Of a DNA stretch of 64,000 nt, positions 17,391 to 26,703 are shown piece by piece. The notes beneath the pieces are model-generated. The model ran no database searches and had not been told where the DNA came from. It saw nothing but the letters and a program-made list of their open reading frames with translations. This stretch comes from a virus: positions 77,006 to 141,005 of the IMG/VR virus record IMGVR_UViG_3300033273_000658; one strand, given 5' to 3'. Within the stretch, counting starts at the first letter, position 1, and each line of letters opens with the position of its first letter. The translations under genes and the position numbers were made by a program.

Positions 17391-17589
17391 TAACGAGATC
17401 AACATTACACTGAACATATCAGACGAACTACTATCCAAGCTAATCATGGCTATGCAACCACAAAGCAACTCCATGGGAATACCCTTGCAAGCTCTCATGG
17501 GTATGGCTATGCCACCACAAGCACTTCCCAAGGCAGAAAAGCCCAAGAAGAAAGCACCTATGGGTTTCAAAACAGGGAGCGCAGAATGA
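17383..17589 (+). CDS. Hypothetical protein
   Basis: AGGAG RBS; ends KKAPMGFK. Confidence 0.65.
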   Translation: MSNNEINITLNISDELLSKLIMAMQPQSNSMGIPLQALMGMAMPPQALPKAEKPKKKAPMGFKTGSAE

Positions 17590-17828
17590 GCAGACCAAAA
17601 TTGCAGTATAGCAACATAACGTACTACGCAATACAAAGGCAAAAGCTGGAGTTTCCACCAGAACTTGAAGAGTTATCTGAACCTTTGGAAGTCAAGTCAT
17701 TGGCTCAAAAGATAGAGGAAGCGCACACAAACCTAGATAGAATAGAATTTTCAAAAAAAAACTTGACAATTCCTATCGAACAGAATAATAGTAAATTATC
17801 ACCCCAACAAGGAGATTCCAATGAGTGA
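17586..17828 (+). CDS. Hypothetical protein
   Basis: Coupled ORF. Confidence 0.5.
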   Translation: MSRPKLQYSNITYYAIQRQKLEFPPELEELSEPLEVKSLAQKIEEAHTNLDRIEFSKKNLTIPIEQNNSKLSPQQGDSNE

Positions 17829-19059
17829 TAACGAAACAACAGAAAAGTTTGACTTGAACATGCACACTTTCCGTTTGCTACAACAAGAACCGTTCTTCGC
17901 AAGTCTTTCAAGACGTATTCACAAAGCACCATCCAAGCACATTCCAACTGCTGGTGTCCGTATCAATCCACAGTCAGCACAGTTTGAGATGCTTTACAAT
18001 CCAGAGTTCATGGCAAGTCTTACAGACAAGCAAAAGCTTGGTGTTCTAATGCACGAGTTTTACCACATCATCTTTGAGCACGTCACCACACGACTTCCAG
18101 CAGAGGGTATGTCTATGAAGTGGAACGTTGCAACAGACCTTGCAATCAACAGTCACATCATGGACATGTTGCCGGAGGGTGGATGTATCCCATCAAAGGT
18201 TGGCACTCCGTTTGAGAACTATCCTGTCGGTCTATCTGCTGAGGCTTATCTAAAGATAATCGAAGAAGATGAGCAGTTCAAGAAAGACGATGGTCAAGGC
18301 CAAGGTGACGGTCAAGGTGGTCAAGGTGACGGAGATCCATCACAAGGGCAAGGCCAAGGTTCATCGCTGGGCGATCATGTTCTTGACGATCATAGTGGCT
18401 GGGGCGATGTAGATGAAGAGACAAAGGCTATGGCCAAAGAGCGTTTGAAAGACGCTATGGAGAAAGCCGCAAAGGATGCGTCAAGCGGTCAAGGCTGGGG
18501 TTCTGTATCGGCAGACGTTCGTAAGCAGATCATGGACGCTATCACACCGAAGATTGACTGGCGCAAGGTTCTTCGATACTTCATCAAGACCTCACAGCGT
18601 AGCAACAAGCGATCAACCGTTCGCAGATTGAACCGTAGGTTCCCTTACATTCATGCTGGCCGAAAGGTTACACGTCAAGCCAAGATTGCTATCAGCATTG
18701 ACCAATCGGGTTCTGTTTCAGACACCATGCTTGCCTCATTCTTCGCAGAACTCAATAGCCTATCAAGCCTTGCCGAGTTTACCGTTGTGCCTTTCGATAC
18801 CGAAGTAGATGAGAGCCTTGTCTACACATGGAAGAAAGGTGAGCGCAAGACATGGGAGCGTGTCAAGTGTGGTGGCACATGCTTTGACGCTCCGACACGA
18901 TACGTCAATGAGAACGGTTTCGATGGTCACATCATCTTGACTGACATGGAGGCTCCAAAGCCGATAGCCAGCAAGTGCCAACGCATGTGGATGACTGACC
19001 AACGAGGCAAGGAGAACCCTTACTTCACAACCAATGAACGTGTCATAGCGATAGACTAG
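17821..19059 (+). CDS. DUF2201-type protein: HExxH metallopeptidase-like domain plus vWA-like domain
   Basis: HEFYH, WNVATDLAIN, GQ-rich linker, IDQSGS MIDAS, GGT, ILTD. Confidence 0.9.
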   Translation: MSDNETTEKFDLNMHTFRLLQQEPFFASLSRRIHKAPSKHIPTAGVRINPQSAQFEMLYNPEFMASLTDKQKLGVLMHEFYHIIFEHVTTRLPAEGMSMKWNVATDLAINSHIMDMLPEGGCIPSKVGTPFENYPVGLSAEAYLKIIEEDEQFKKDDGQGQGDGQGGQGDGDPSQGQGQGSSLGDHVLDDHSGWGDVDEETKAMAKERLKDAMEKAAKDASSGQGWGSVSADVRKQIMDAITPKIDWRKVLRYFIKTSQRSNKRSTVRRLNRRFPYIHAGRKVTRQAKIAISIDQSGSVSDTMLASFFAELNSLSSLAEFTVVPFDTEVDESLVYTWKKGERKTWERVKCGGTCFDAPTRYVNENGFDGHIILTDMEAPKPIASKCQRMWMTDQRGKENPYFTTNERVIAID

Positions 19060-19067
19060 GTGATAAC

Positions 19068-19250
19068 ATGATAGGGATGTTGTATAGAACGAAACACAGC
19101 AAACACATATATGCTTGCATAAGCATAGACTATGCACACATCCCCTACTTCACCATGGTCTGTATAACAGACGGAGACACATGGGTAGTCAAGGGATTGA
19201 GAGAGCTAGATAGATACTTTGAACCCCTAACAACACCGGAGGAAGAATGA
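19068..19250 (+). CDS. Small protein, MIGxL(Y/W) family
   Basis: MIGMLYRT. Confidence 0.65.
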   Translation: MIGMLYRTKHSKHIYACISIDYAHIPYFTMVCITDGDTWVVKGLRELDRYFEPLTTPEEE

Positions 19251-19441
19251 TTGGTACACTATGGAGATTCAACGAAACCGGCAAGGTATACATTCTCAAA
19301 GAGAAGTATACCACAAGACAAGGGAATGAATACTGCGTATTCATACAGCCATGTGGCAACCATGTAACACTTCGTGACTACTTTATCAAGAAAACTATGA
19401 CTAAGATAACCTACTCTACCCCTACCAAGGAGAAACCATGA
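19247..19441 (+). CDS. Small protein, MIGTLW family
   Basis: MIGTLWRF...GKVYILKEKY...LRDYF. Confidence 0.7.
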   Translation: MIGTLWRFNETGKVYILKEKYTTRQGNEYCVFIQPCGNHVTLRDYFIKKTMTKITYSTPTKEKP

Positions 19442-19602
19442 TCGGTACACTATGGAAATGTCGAAAAGGCAAGGTTTACATTCTCAAAGACAAATACTAT
19501 ACAACAGGTGGGGCACTATACTATGTGTTCACGACACCCAGCCTAGGCCATGTGAGACTTCGTGATTTCTTTGTAGAGAGATCTATGACCAAGATAGCCT
19601 AA
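19438..19602 (+). CDS. Small protein, tandem paralog of 19247-19441
   Basis: MIGTLWKC...GKVYILKDKY...LRDFF. Confidence 0.7.
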   Translation: MIGTLWKCRKGKVYILKDKYYTTGGALYYVFTTPSLGHVRLRDFFVERSMTKIA

Positions 19603-19643
19603 CCTACTACCCTACTACCCCACCCCCAACCAAAGGAGAAACT

Positions 19644-19814
19644 ATGGTCGGAACACTATGGAAGAGCGAGAGTGGTATAGCAGTATGCACTGCATGCAAA
19701 GATGGGTTCTACACACTGAGATACCTTGACGCTCCCGATTGCTTTGCTCACATAAGCGAGAGCAGTCTACACTTCTACTACACACAACTCACACAACCAC
19801 AGGAGGAAACATGA
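19644..19814 (+). CDS. Small protein, MVGTLW family
   Basis: AGGAG RBS, MVGTLWKS. Confidence 0.6.
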   Translation: MVGTLWKSESGIAVCTACKDGFYTLRYLDAPDCFAHISESSLHFYYTQLTQPQEET

Positions 19815-19957
19815 GTAAACCTAAGCACACGATGGACAAAGTAACCATCACAACACGTACCAACACAGGAACACAAGTGCGTGTCCTGTCTCCAAAGGAG
19901 ATCAAGCGCACAACCAAGTACAACACCTTTCACTACGGAGGCAAGGATGGAGGATAA
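19811..19957 (+). CDS. Small basic protein
   Basis: AGGAGG RBS. Confidence 0.6.
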   Translation: MSKPKHTMDKVTITTRTNTGTQVRVLSPKEIKRTTKYNTFHYGGKDGG

Positions 19958-20195
19958 AACTGCAATCACTATCAAAGCAGTCAAAGAGGCTCTAGACTTC
20001 ATAGAGAATCTATGGGGCAATTGGGATGGAGATCTTCATGACTTCGTTGCGAACGTCATAAGTGAAGATACTGTTACACAGTATGACGTGCAACACCTTT
20101 TGGATGCTCTCTCCAAAGGAGAGCATGTGGATGGGATTGAGACTCTCTATGTCAATAAACGAGGTTCAAAGTACCAAATCAAAATCAAACGGTGA
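19947..20195 (+). CDS. Hypothetical protein
   Basis: GGAGG RBS. Confidence 0.65.
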   Translation: MEDKTAITIKAVKEALDFIENLWGNWDGDLHDFVANVISEDTVTQYDVQHLLDALSKGEHVDGIETLYVNKRGSKYQIKIKR

Positions 20196-20236
20196 ATGAG
20201 GTAATGTAAGGGGCAGTTTCAGAGTAGAGGCACCTC

Positions 20237-20272
20237 TTGCAATTTCCATGCCAAAAAAATTTTACGTAACTC
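20237..20272 (-). promoter_or_regulatory. sigma54 site plus TTACGTAACTC composite element (array 2, single copy)
   Basis: TTGCAATTTCCATGCCAA-N7-TTACGTAACTC. Confidence 0.8.
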
Positions 20273-20317
20273 AGACCAGCTCACAACCATCCCCTAAGGG
20301 GATGAAAAAAACTTTCA

Positions 20318-20385
20318 CTTTTTTCTTGACAACCTTTTCTGAACCCTATAAGAGTATTGTACCAACCCAAACCGATGGAAACAAA
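20318..20385 (+). repeat. Promoter-leader-RBS cassette repeated near 21210, 21830 and 22290
   Basis: CTTTTTTCTTGACAACCTTTTCTGAACCCTATAAGAGTATTRTACCAACCCAAACCGATGGARACA. Confidence 0.85.
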
Positions 20386-20610
20386 ATGAACAAGATCATT
20401 TACTTCTACACAATCTACTGGAAATCATTTCCAACTCAGTACAGACCATCCGAGATAGAATCACTGAGTATAGCTTATTCCGAGAACAACGTACCAAAGG
20501 ATAGATTCGATCATCATGATGCTGTTTTGGATTATCTTATAGATACCAATCCAAACCCCTTTGAGTCAGTGCCAGAATTTATCATCATCAAGACCACAAC
20601 AGAACAATAG
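20386..20610 (+). CDS. Hypothetical protein
   Basis: Start follows the cassette RBS. Confidence 0.65.
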   Translation: MNKIIYFYTIYWKSFPTQYRPSEIESLSIAYSENNVPKDRFDHHDAVLDYLIDTNPNPFESVPEFIIIKTTTEQ

Positions 20611-20618
20611 GAGACACC

Positions 20619-20843
20619 ATGAAGTTCCAACCAACAATCCTTATAGACAACGACCTCTACATCAAGATCGAAAAAGGGGAAGTAAAACTTCAATGTGGCC
20701 AATGGATACAACTTGAATGGTGTGATAAACCATCACGATGGGTTGGACTTACCAAAGCCAGAACTTTATGGGCAGTTCACTATCCAGTCAAGATGAACCA
20801 GTTCAAAACATTGTGCAAGAACATAAACCGATTCCAATCATAA
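20619..20843 (+). CDS. Hypothetical protein
   Basis: AGGAG RBS. Confidence 0.7.
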   Translation: MKFQPTILIDNDLYIKIEKGEVKLQCGQWIQLEWCDKPSRWVGLTKARTLWAVHYPVKMNQFKTLCKNINRFQS

Positions 20844-21011
20844 TAGGAGACAACCATGAACAAAACTGAAATGTATAGACAACAACTTCGTCAACTTCGT
20901 AGCAACTTCTATGCTAAAGACAAGCCCACTTTTCAAGAAATGATGGAGTTTGCACAAGAAGAAATCTACCTTGTAAAGAAGATGAACGGAAAGTTTTAAT
21001 AGGAGACAACC

Positions 21012-21194
21012 ATGAACAACAAAATGCCTTTATCCTCCATCTTTGATGGGAAAGACCACGAAACCTTTGTATCCATCAATCTTGCCTTGCAAGCTCTAAA
21101 CATGGACGGAGTACCATCTGAATTACGAGAGATTACCGAACAAGCTCTTGTGGAATTGCTAAAAGCCAGTTTTGACATGAACAATTGCAACTGA
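21012..21194 (+). CDS. Hypothetical protein
   Basis: AGGAG RBS. Confidence 0.65.
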   Translation: MNNKMPLSSIFDGKDHETFVSINLALQALNMDGVPSELREITEQALVELLKASFDMNNCN

Positions 21195-21277
21195 GAAATT
21201 TATTTTCAACTTTTTTCTTGACAACCTTTTCTGAACCCTATAAGAGTATTATACCAACCCAAACCGATGGAGACATC

Positions 21278-21532
21278 ATGTCAAAAATGATACAACTTGA
21301 ACCACCCTTTGATAAAGAAATGCCTACCTTTGATGCAATCATGATTGCCGAGGGTGTTGTGCAAGCCGAGAGCAGAGAACAATACATCCAAGCATGGCAA
21401 GTACTCATCGACACTGGCATGGCCTATCAGCTACAAGGATGGTTCCATAGAACGGCAGATGCTCTTATAGAGAACGGTCACTGCACACCACGAAAGACAC
21501 AACAAGCCAACAACCAAACATACTCATGCTAA
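21278..21532 (+). CDS. Hypothetical phage protein
   Basis: AWQVLIDTGMAYQLQGWFHRTADALIENG. Confidence 0.7.
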   Translation: MSKMIQLEPPFDKEMPTFDAIMIAEGVVQAESREQYIQAWQVLIDTGMAYQLQGWFHRTADALIENGHCTPRKTQQANNQTYSC

Positions 21533-21708
21533 TAATGGAGAACATCATGATTTATTTCGTAGACTACACATACAACACAACAGGCGCAAACTTTGGAGCG
21601 CAGTACGGTTTCATGCGAATCAAAGCAACATCCAAAGCAGACGCAATCACCAAAGCTAAAAAGCAAGCCCCACGCAACGCAAAAGGCTTCAAGGCTACAC
21701 CTGTATAA
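21526..21708 (+). CDS. Hypothetical protein
   Basis: ORF track; true start may be slightly downstream. Confidence 0.55.
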   Translation: MLIMENIMIYFVDYTYNTTGANFGAQYGFMRIKATSKADAITKAKKQAPRNAKGFKATPV

Positions 21709-21896
21709 CGGAGACACACATGAATGAAACAGAAGTATTCCTTGCACTCCTTTTCTTATGGGCAACCTTTCTTCTCTTCTCATTGGGCATTGTACCTACA
21801 TAATCAAAGCCTTATAAAAAAATTCAACTTTTTTTCTTGACAACCTTTTCTGAACCCCTTATATAATAAACACCAACCCAAACTGATGGAGACAAC

Positions 21897-22280
21897 ATGT
21901 CACTCATTCTACAACAAAACAAACAAGAAATCAAAGACTTCTGCCTTGACCGACTTCGTGAGCTATCAATCTACATGGGCAATCAAGACTTCCGAGATGC
22001 TTATGTTTCTGACCTGCATGACGACATCTTTAACCGAGACTATTACATCATTGGTCACTACCAAGCTAAACAATGGATGGGGGATTCTGCTTTCGATATG
22101 ATCGGAGACGTTGTAGAGTATGAGCGAGACAACTTCGGAGAAGTCCATACAGACCTTTCTTCTCCCGAAAGCGTTGTGAACATGTGGGTTTATGTGGAGG
22201 GATGGAACATCATTCATAAGTGTTATGAAGCTGTTGTGATGGAGTTGGGTGATGAGCAATGCCAATTGGATGTGACATAA
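21897..22280 (+). CDS. Acidic early protein, possible Ocr-like DNA mimic
   Basis: DLHDDIFNRDYYIIGHYQAKQWM...EYERDNFGE; has its own early promoter; function is inference. Confidence 0.5.
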   Translation: MSLILQQNKQEIKDFCLDRLRELSIYMGNQDFRDAYVSDLHDDIFNRDYYIIGHYQAKQWMGDSAFDMIGDVVEYERDNFGEVHTDLSSPESVVNMWVYVEGWNIIHKCYEAVVMELGDEQCQLDVT

Positions 22281-22356
22281 AATCTCATCTTTTTTCTTGA
22301 CAAAGTAAACCGAACCCTATAAGAGTATTATACCAACCCAAACCGATGGAGACATC

Positions 22357-22644
22357 ATGAACAACTATCTTGACCTTGCACTACAAGCCTACCGTAACGG
22401 AACCATGGACACCCGATACGAATACTTCGCAGAAGTAGCTACCCTTGCGAAATTGTATAAAGACTTGCATACGCTTTACTTTGAGATTGATGAACTGCAA
22501 GAAGAGAAGAATCCCGATGGTTCCTATGTGGACAACACCGAAGAGCTGGAGCGCATGAGACAAGCGTATCGCAACACCCAAGAAATGCTCCATGCCTATG
22601 AAGAATACGCAATCCCCCTCATCTGCAAGCAGGTGTTGAAATGA
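22357..22644 (+). CDS. Hypothetical acidic protein
   Basis: Follows promoter cassette at 22297. Confidence 0.75.
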   Translation: MNNYLDLALQAYRNGTMDTRYEYFAEVATLAKLYKDLHTLYFEIDELQEEKNPDGSYVDNTEELERMRQAYRNTQEMLHAYEEYAIPLICKQVLK

Positions 22645-22787
22645 GCGACAAAGACTTGAACGCCCTTGCAATAATGATCCTTGTCCTTGCCCTACCTTTT
22701 ATCCTATGCTAACATTCATCATCATCCAACTAACCGTATCAATCACCTACTCATACTTGACCATCTACCTGAACAATCGGAGACCAC

Positions 22788-22976
22788 ATGAAAAATAAAT
22801 CTTTTAATACTCTTGAATCTGCCTATAAGTACTACGATGTTGTATCTCAGAACTATGTAGCTTTCCTTATACTCAATAGAGAAGAAGACAAGTACGAAGT
22901 AATCAATCAAGACTTGTATGACCACTACGCTTTTGAGTTTGATCTTGACATGGTTATCATGGACTTTGTCTGCTAG
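22788..22976 (+). CDS. Hypothetical protein
   Basis: GGAG RBS. Confidence 0.6.
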   Translation: MKNKSFNTLESAYKYYDVVSQNYVAFLILNREEDKYEVINQDLYDHYAFEFDLDMVIMDFVC

Positions 22977-23040
22977 GCTACTCCCCTCTACCGTACTACC
23001 CCCCTACCCTACCCCCCTACCTAACCGACCGGAGATTTAC

Positions 23041-23283
23041 ATGAACACTCAATCCACCCTCACACAAATTATCGATAGAACCCTTGCACTCATTGACAAC
23101 GGACTTGAACGCTCCGTAGGAGACATGCGCCTTATGGACGCTCTTGAGCTTGTGGGTGTCCTCATGGACATACGTGAACGTCAGCTCGTATACGATAATG
23201 AGCGCAGTGTTTCCGAGCCTATTCCATCATGCAGAAAGGCATGTATGAAAAAGCCCAAATGCAAAGGTACAGATGGGCTATAA
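23041..23283 (+). CDS. Hypothetical protein
   Basis: GGAG RBS after a C-rich tract. Confidence 0.6.
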   Translation: MNTQSTLTQIIDRTLALIDNGLERSVGDMRLMDALELVGVLMDIRERQLVYDNERSVSEPIPSCRKACMKKPKCKGTDGL

Positions 23284-23487
23284 AACGGAGGAAATAAACT
23301 TTATGAAAGTATTGTTTTGTGGCGTGTTATGGATGTATTGAAATTTTCCTTTATTGTCGGGAGTATCTGAGCTAAAACAGCTCCTAAGCACACCACCCAC
23401 TACTAAGTAGTACCCCCAAAACTAAAACGCCTTTTTTCCCCGAAACTTTTGAAATAGGGGAATCTTTTTTTTGCCCAAAATCTAATT

Positions 23488-23506
23488 GAAAATGAGAATC
23501 ATTATC
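23488..23506. promoter_or_regulatory. Fur box
   Basis: GAAAATGAGAATCATTATC, 17/19 match to GATAATGATAATCATTATC. Confidence 0.75.
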
Positions 23507-23514
23507 AAAATGCG

Positions 23515-23660
23515 CCTTGCAATTTCCGTGCCAAAACTTCTTTACATAACTCCGAGCCGATTGTCCTTGCAATTTCCGTGCCAAAACTTCTTTACATAAC
23601 TCCGAGATCACCCGAAAATACCCCTTGCAAAAAGCGTGCCAAAAAAATTTCACATAACTC
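23515..23660 (-). repeat. Operator array 3: three sigma54 composite elements
   Basis: Sites at 23517, 23567, 23625; exact 42-bp direct repeat 23515-23556 / 23565-23606. Confidence 0.9.
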
Positions 23661-23729
23661 AAAACAGCTTTCCAGATAGCTGGGATTAAGGTGGCTCCCG
23701 TAGGGAGATAAAAAAAATGAAAAAAAAGT

Positions 23730-23759
23730 TTGACACCAGAAACACCATCGGATAGAAGT
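23730..23759 (+). promoter_or_regulatory. Promoter downstream of array 3
   Basis: A-tract UP element, TTGACA-N17-TAGAAG. Confidence 0.55.
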
Positions 23760-23811
23760 AAGTATCGGCTTTTTTCGATGGTCGAATTTTCACATCCCTT
23801 TCGGAGCTATC

Positions 23812-24111
23812 ATGCCCTACTACGCTTTCTTCCACTGTTCCCACTGCAATTGCCTCCTCCCAGAACATGATCAATCCTTTGGATTCTACCGAGACGATAA
23901 CGACAAAGCAGTTTGTTTACGTTGCTTCAGCTCTCTTGATGGAGAACTACCTGTCGATGTACAACAAGCATTTGAGGCTATCATAGAGCGTATGGATGAG
24001 TATCACGAGACCTTTCGTGGAGCTATGGTTCATGTGTCCTATGAGTATGGTACAAATGAGACGCACCACCAACAGCTTTGGGCTATGTACCGAGATCTAT
24101 ACAAGTCCTAA
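23812..24111 (+). CDS. Small zinc-finger-like protein
   Basis: CSHC...CLRC. Confidence 0.65.
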   Translation: MPYYAFFHCSHCNCLLPEHDQSFGFYRDDNDKAVCLRCFSSLDGELPVDVQQAFEAIIERMDEYHETFRGAMVHVSYEYGTNETHHQQLWAMYRDLYKS

Positions 24112-24340
24112 AAACCGGCCTTTGAAGGCCCTTCCTTTAACATCCAACCCCTAGCGAGATAAACTCATGATGTACAATAATCACTTCAATCCGTTCCCCT
24201 ATCTAATCATTGCAATCTATACCTCCCTAATCTTCATTGGCCTTGCAGGGTTCTATCAGAACATAGCACACCCAAAACCCTTGCCAAAGGTAGAGATTCC
24301 CCACAATGAAGTCGAAATCACATTTATTTCAAAATAATTC

Positions 24341-24369
24341 TTGACACCACCAAAATAACCCAGTATACT
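24341..24369 (+). promoter_or_regulatory. sigma70 promoter
   Basis: TTGACA-N17-TATACT. Confidence 0.8.
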
Positions 24370-24395
24370 GTATAGAGACGATAACGATTGAGATA

Positions 24396-24803
24396 ATGAG
24401 TTTCAAGACTGCTGAATCGATCCGAAGTCTCTCCAACCCCTCCCAAATAGGAAACCCCATGCCACGTTACTTTTCTTGCTCTTGCCACCTCAACACCGAA
24501 ACCACTTGCCGACACGATAGAGATCCTTTCAATGCTCTCCGTATGAGAACCGACTGGACTGTAGCTGACTTCGATGGTCTCAGCTCAAAAGAAGTCCAAG
24601 CTATCAATGAGTCCAATGCACGATACAACCAGCTTGCAGAAGAGATTGAGGAGATGAACATCTCCATAGCTATGCGCCAGATGGACGATGGAACCTACAA
24701 CAAAAAACCACGTAGAACCAAGCGTATCAAACGCGTCTCTCTCTCAGAAGAACAACAAGCCGAGATTATCGCAGATCTCAAAGAGGACGGCTACGAAGTG
24801 TAG
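24396..24803 (+). CDS. Hypothetical protein
   Basis: ORF downstream of promoter; start uncertain. Confidence 0.7.
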   Translation: MSFKTAESIRSLSNPSQIGNPMPRYFSCSCHLNTETTCRHDRDPFNALRMRTDWTVADFDGLSSKEVQAINESNARYNQLAEEIEEMNISIAMRQMDDGTYNKKPRRTKRIKRVSLSEEQQAEIIADLKEDGYEV

Positions 24804-24868
24804 CCAACTCTTCTACCCTACTACATACCACCCTACTACCCTACTACCCCACCCCCAAGGACATACCC

Positions 24869-25258
24869 ATGAGCACATCTAACGCTAACAACGAGACCAC
24901 TATTAACCCCTCTTCTCTTCCAACTGCTGAATACCTCTATGCTCGCAACCCTGCTCTCCGAGACTCCAAAAACACCATCTCATACACGCAGTTCGATAAA
25001 ATCGTGCGCTCAATAGAGCCAAGCGCATACCAGCAATTACGCCTCATAGAGCTATGTGAGATGTACAACGCTCTCACACGTGAGCAACAGGTAGCACAGG
25101 ATGAGCCACACTTAAGCGCAGAAGATGACTTTGCAATCTTTACAGATCAAAACGGGTTTACTATCATTCAGCATGAACCAACCTTTATCAAGTTTAAGCT
25201 TATGGGCTATGAGAGTGTCGAAATGAAACGGCCGAGAAGACTCTCAATCATACTCTAA
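24869..25258 (+). CDS. Hypothetical protein
   Basis: AAGGA RBS after a C-rich tract. Confidence 0.7.
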   Translation: MSTSNANNETTINPSSLPTAEYLYARNPALRDSKNTISYTQFDKIVRSIEPSAYQQLRLIELCEMYNALTREQQVAQDEPHLSAEDDFAIFTDQNGFTIIQHEPTFIKFKLMGYESVEMKRPRRLSIIL

Positions 25259-25289
25259 GTTTTTGGAGTTTGCCAGAAGAACCATTTCA

Positions 25290-25495
25290 TTTTGAGAATG
25301 GTTCTCATTTTTTTAGCTCGGTCATTTTGAGAATCATTCTCAATTTCAGTTTTTGGCATGAGCTTTGCAATATTGCAAGAAGTGTGCCAAACTTTTTTGA
25401 CATAACTCAGACCGTTTTTCTCTTGCAAAAACCGTGCCAAAAAAAATTGTCATAACTCAAATGGCCTAGCTGGCCATTTGAGAATCATTCTCATT
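25290..25495. repeat. Operator array 4: three Fur-type 7-1-7 boxes and three sigma54 sites (one +, two -)
   Basis: TGAGAAT-N-RTTCTCA at 25293, 25328, 25479; sigma54 at 25353(+), 25373(-), 25423(-). Confidence 0.9.
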
Positions 25496-25527
25496 TAGAA
25501 AAAAATGAAAAAAAGTGAAAAAAAAGT

Positions 25528-25556
25528 TTGACATAGCAAAATGAGTCGGGTATTAT
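25528..25556 (+). promoter_or_regulatory. sigma70 promoter downstream of array 4
   Basis: A-tract UP element, TTGACA-N17-TATTAT. Confidence 0.8.
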
Positions 25557-25663
25557 AGAGTATGCCTTTTTTGAGGCTGTCGCTCTTTTACATCCCCAAT
25601 AACAAATCTTCCTCTCCGTGGCTGTTCATGGAGAGAGACAAACTTCTTTATATGGAGCCAACC

Positions 25664-26089
25664 ATGGCAACAATCATTCTCAATTCTCTTAATCTCCTCA
25701 CAAAAATCATCAATCAAGGTGCTTTTGCAACTGACGCTATCGCAGAAGTCCAGAACACCTATGGTCTTGATCAAGAGCAGGTCGATACCGTACTCATGGA
25801 GTACAACATCAATCAGATGCGTTCCCAGCGTTCTCAGCTCACACTGACTGTCTGCTTAAAGAACGCATCCAGCGTAGAGATTCCTCTTACTCAGGCCCAG
25901 TTCGATCTGCTCATGGCGCAGTTCAATACTGGGGATGCAAAGGATCCCTATGGGAATCTCATTGTGAGAAGTGTAGAGATCACTGACAACAAGCGTATCC
26001 GTCAGCATGGTTATGCACCCGATGGAAACACAGGTTACAACTGGGGTTATGCATCCACAGGACGCTTGTCACATCCCAGTGATGAATAA
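25664..26089 (+). CDS. Hypothetical protein
   Basis: GGAG RBS before ATG 25664. Confidence 0.75.
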   Translation: MATIILNSLNLLTKIINQGAFATDAIAEVQNTYGLDQEQVDTVLMEYNINQMRSQRSQLTLTVCLKNASSVEIPLTQAQFDLLMAQFNTGDAKDPYGNLIVRSVEITDNKRIRQHGYAPDGNTGYNWGYASTGRLSHPSDE

Positions 26090-26113
26090 ACATCCACCCA
26101 ATCACCCAAAACA

Positions 26114-26129
26114 GGGGGCGCAAGCCCCC
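26114..26129. other. GC-rich hairpin with GCAA tetraloop
   Basis: GGGGGC-GCAA-GCCCCC; no U-tract on the + strand. Confidence 0.55.
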
Positions 26130-26325
26130 AAGGAGCTTGTATGAGCCGTTTAATGAATCTTGCACACCTTGGAAATCCACTTGTAAAATGCACAAAATGT
26201 GGATTCCAATACCCCAAACTTGGAAAGTGGTCAATTGCCACCCATCAATGTACAGGAAAGAAAAAATGAGACTAGATCACTTCGTCATCAAACCACCCAC
26301 AACCAACCTTTATAGAGGAGCCACC

Positions 26326-26703
26326 ATGGCCATTTCAAACACACCCAAAACCAACACCCAAACCATCACAACAGGAGCCACCATGGCACACTATCCACAA
26401 AACACCCCATCTGTAACCCAGTCACGAGGCTTTGAGTCGTCACACATGACTTGGGTTCGCACACAACAAACTGGATCGGATCTTGTATACGGTCGTATTC
26501 GTGACACCGGAGCCAACTACATTGTAGAGGGTTATCGATCTGGTGTATGGGTTGCGATCCCTTGCAAGAATCTCCCAAGTGCACAGCTTCTTCTTGGTGG
26601 TGTCATGCCAAAGGCAACACACAAACGAGAAAAGGCGCACTATGACTTTCAGAAAGCCCATGTAGAGCTATACGCATGGTGGAAAGACCACAGCATTGTA
26701 TAA
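26326..26703 (+). CDS. Hypothetical protein with two in-frame starts (26326, 26383)
   Basis: AGGAGCCACCATGGC is present before both starts. Confidence 0.65.
   Translation: MAISNTPKTNTQTITTGATMAHYPQNTPSVTQSRGFESSHMTWVRTQQTGSDLVYGRIRDTGANYIVEGYRSGVWVAIPCKNLPSAQLLLGGVMPKATHKREKAHYDFQKAHVELYAWWKDHSIV

Noticed and set aside
20288-20311. Hairpin CATCCCC-TAA-GGGGATG (and CTCCC-GTA-GGGAG at 23695) as terminators
   Set aside because: Followed by an A-tract rather than a U-tract on +, and no U-tract follows on -; the A-tract is better read as the UP element of the next promoter
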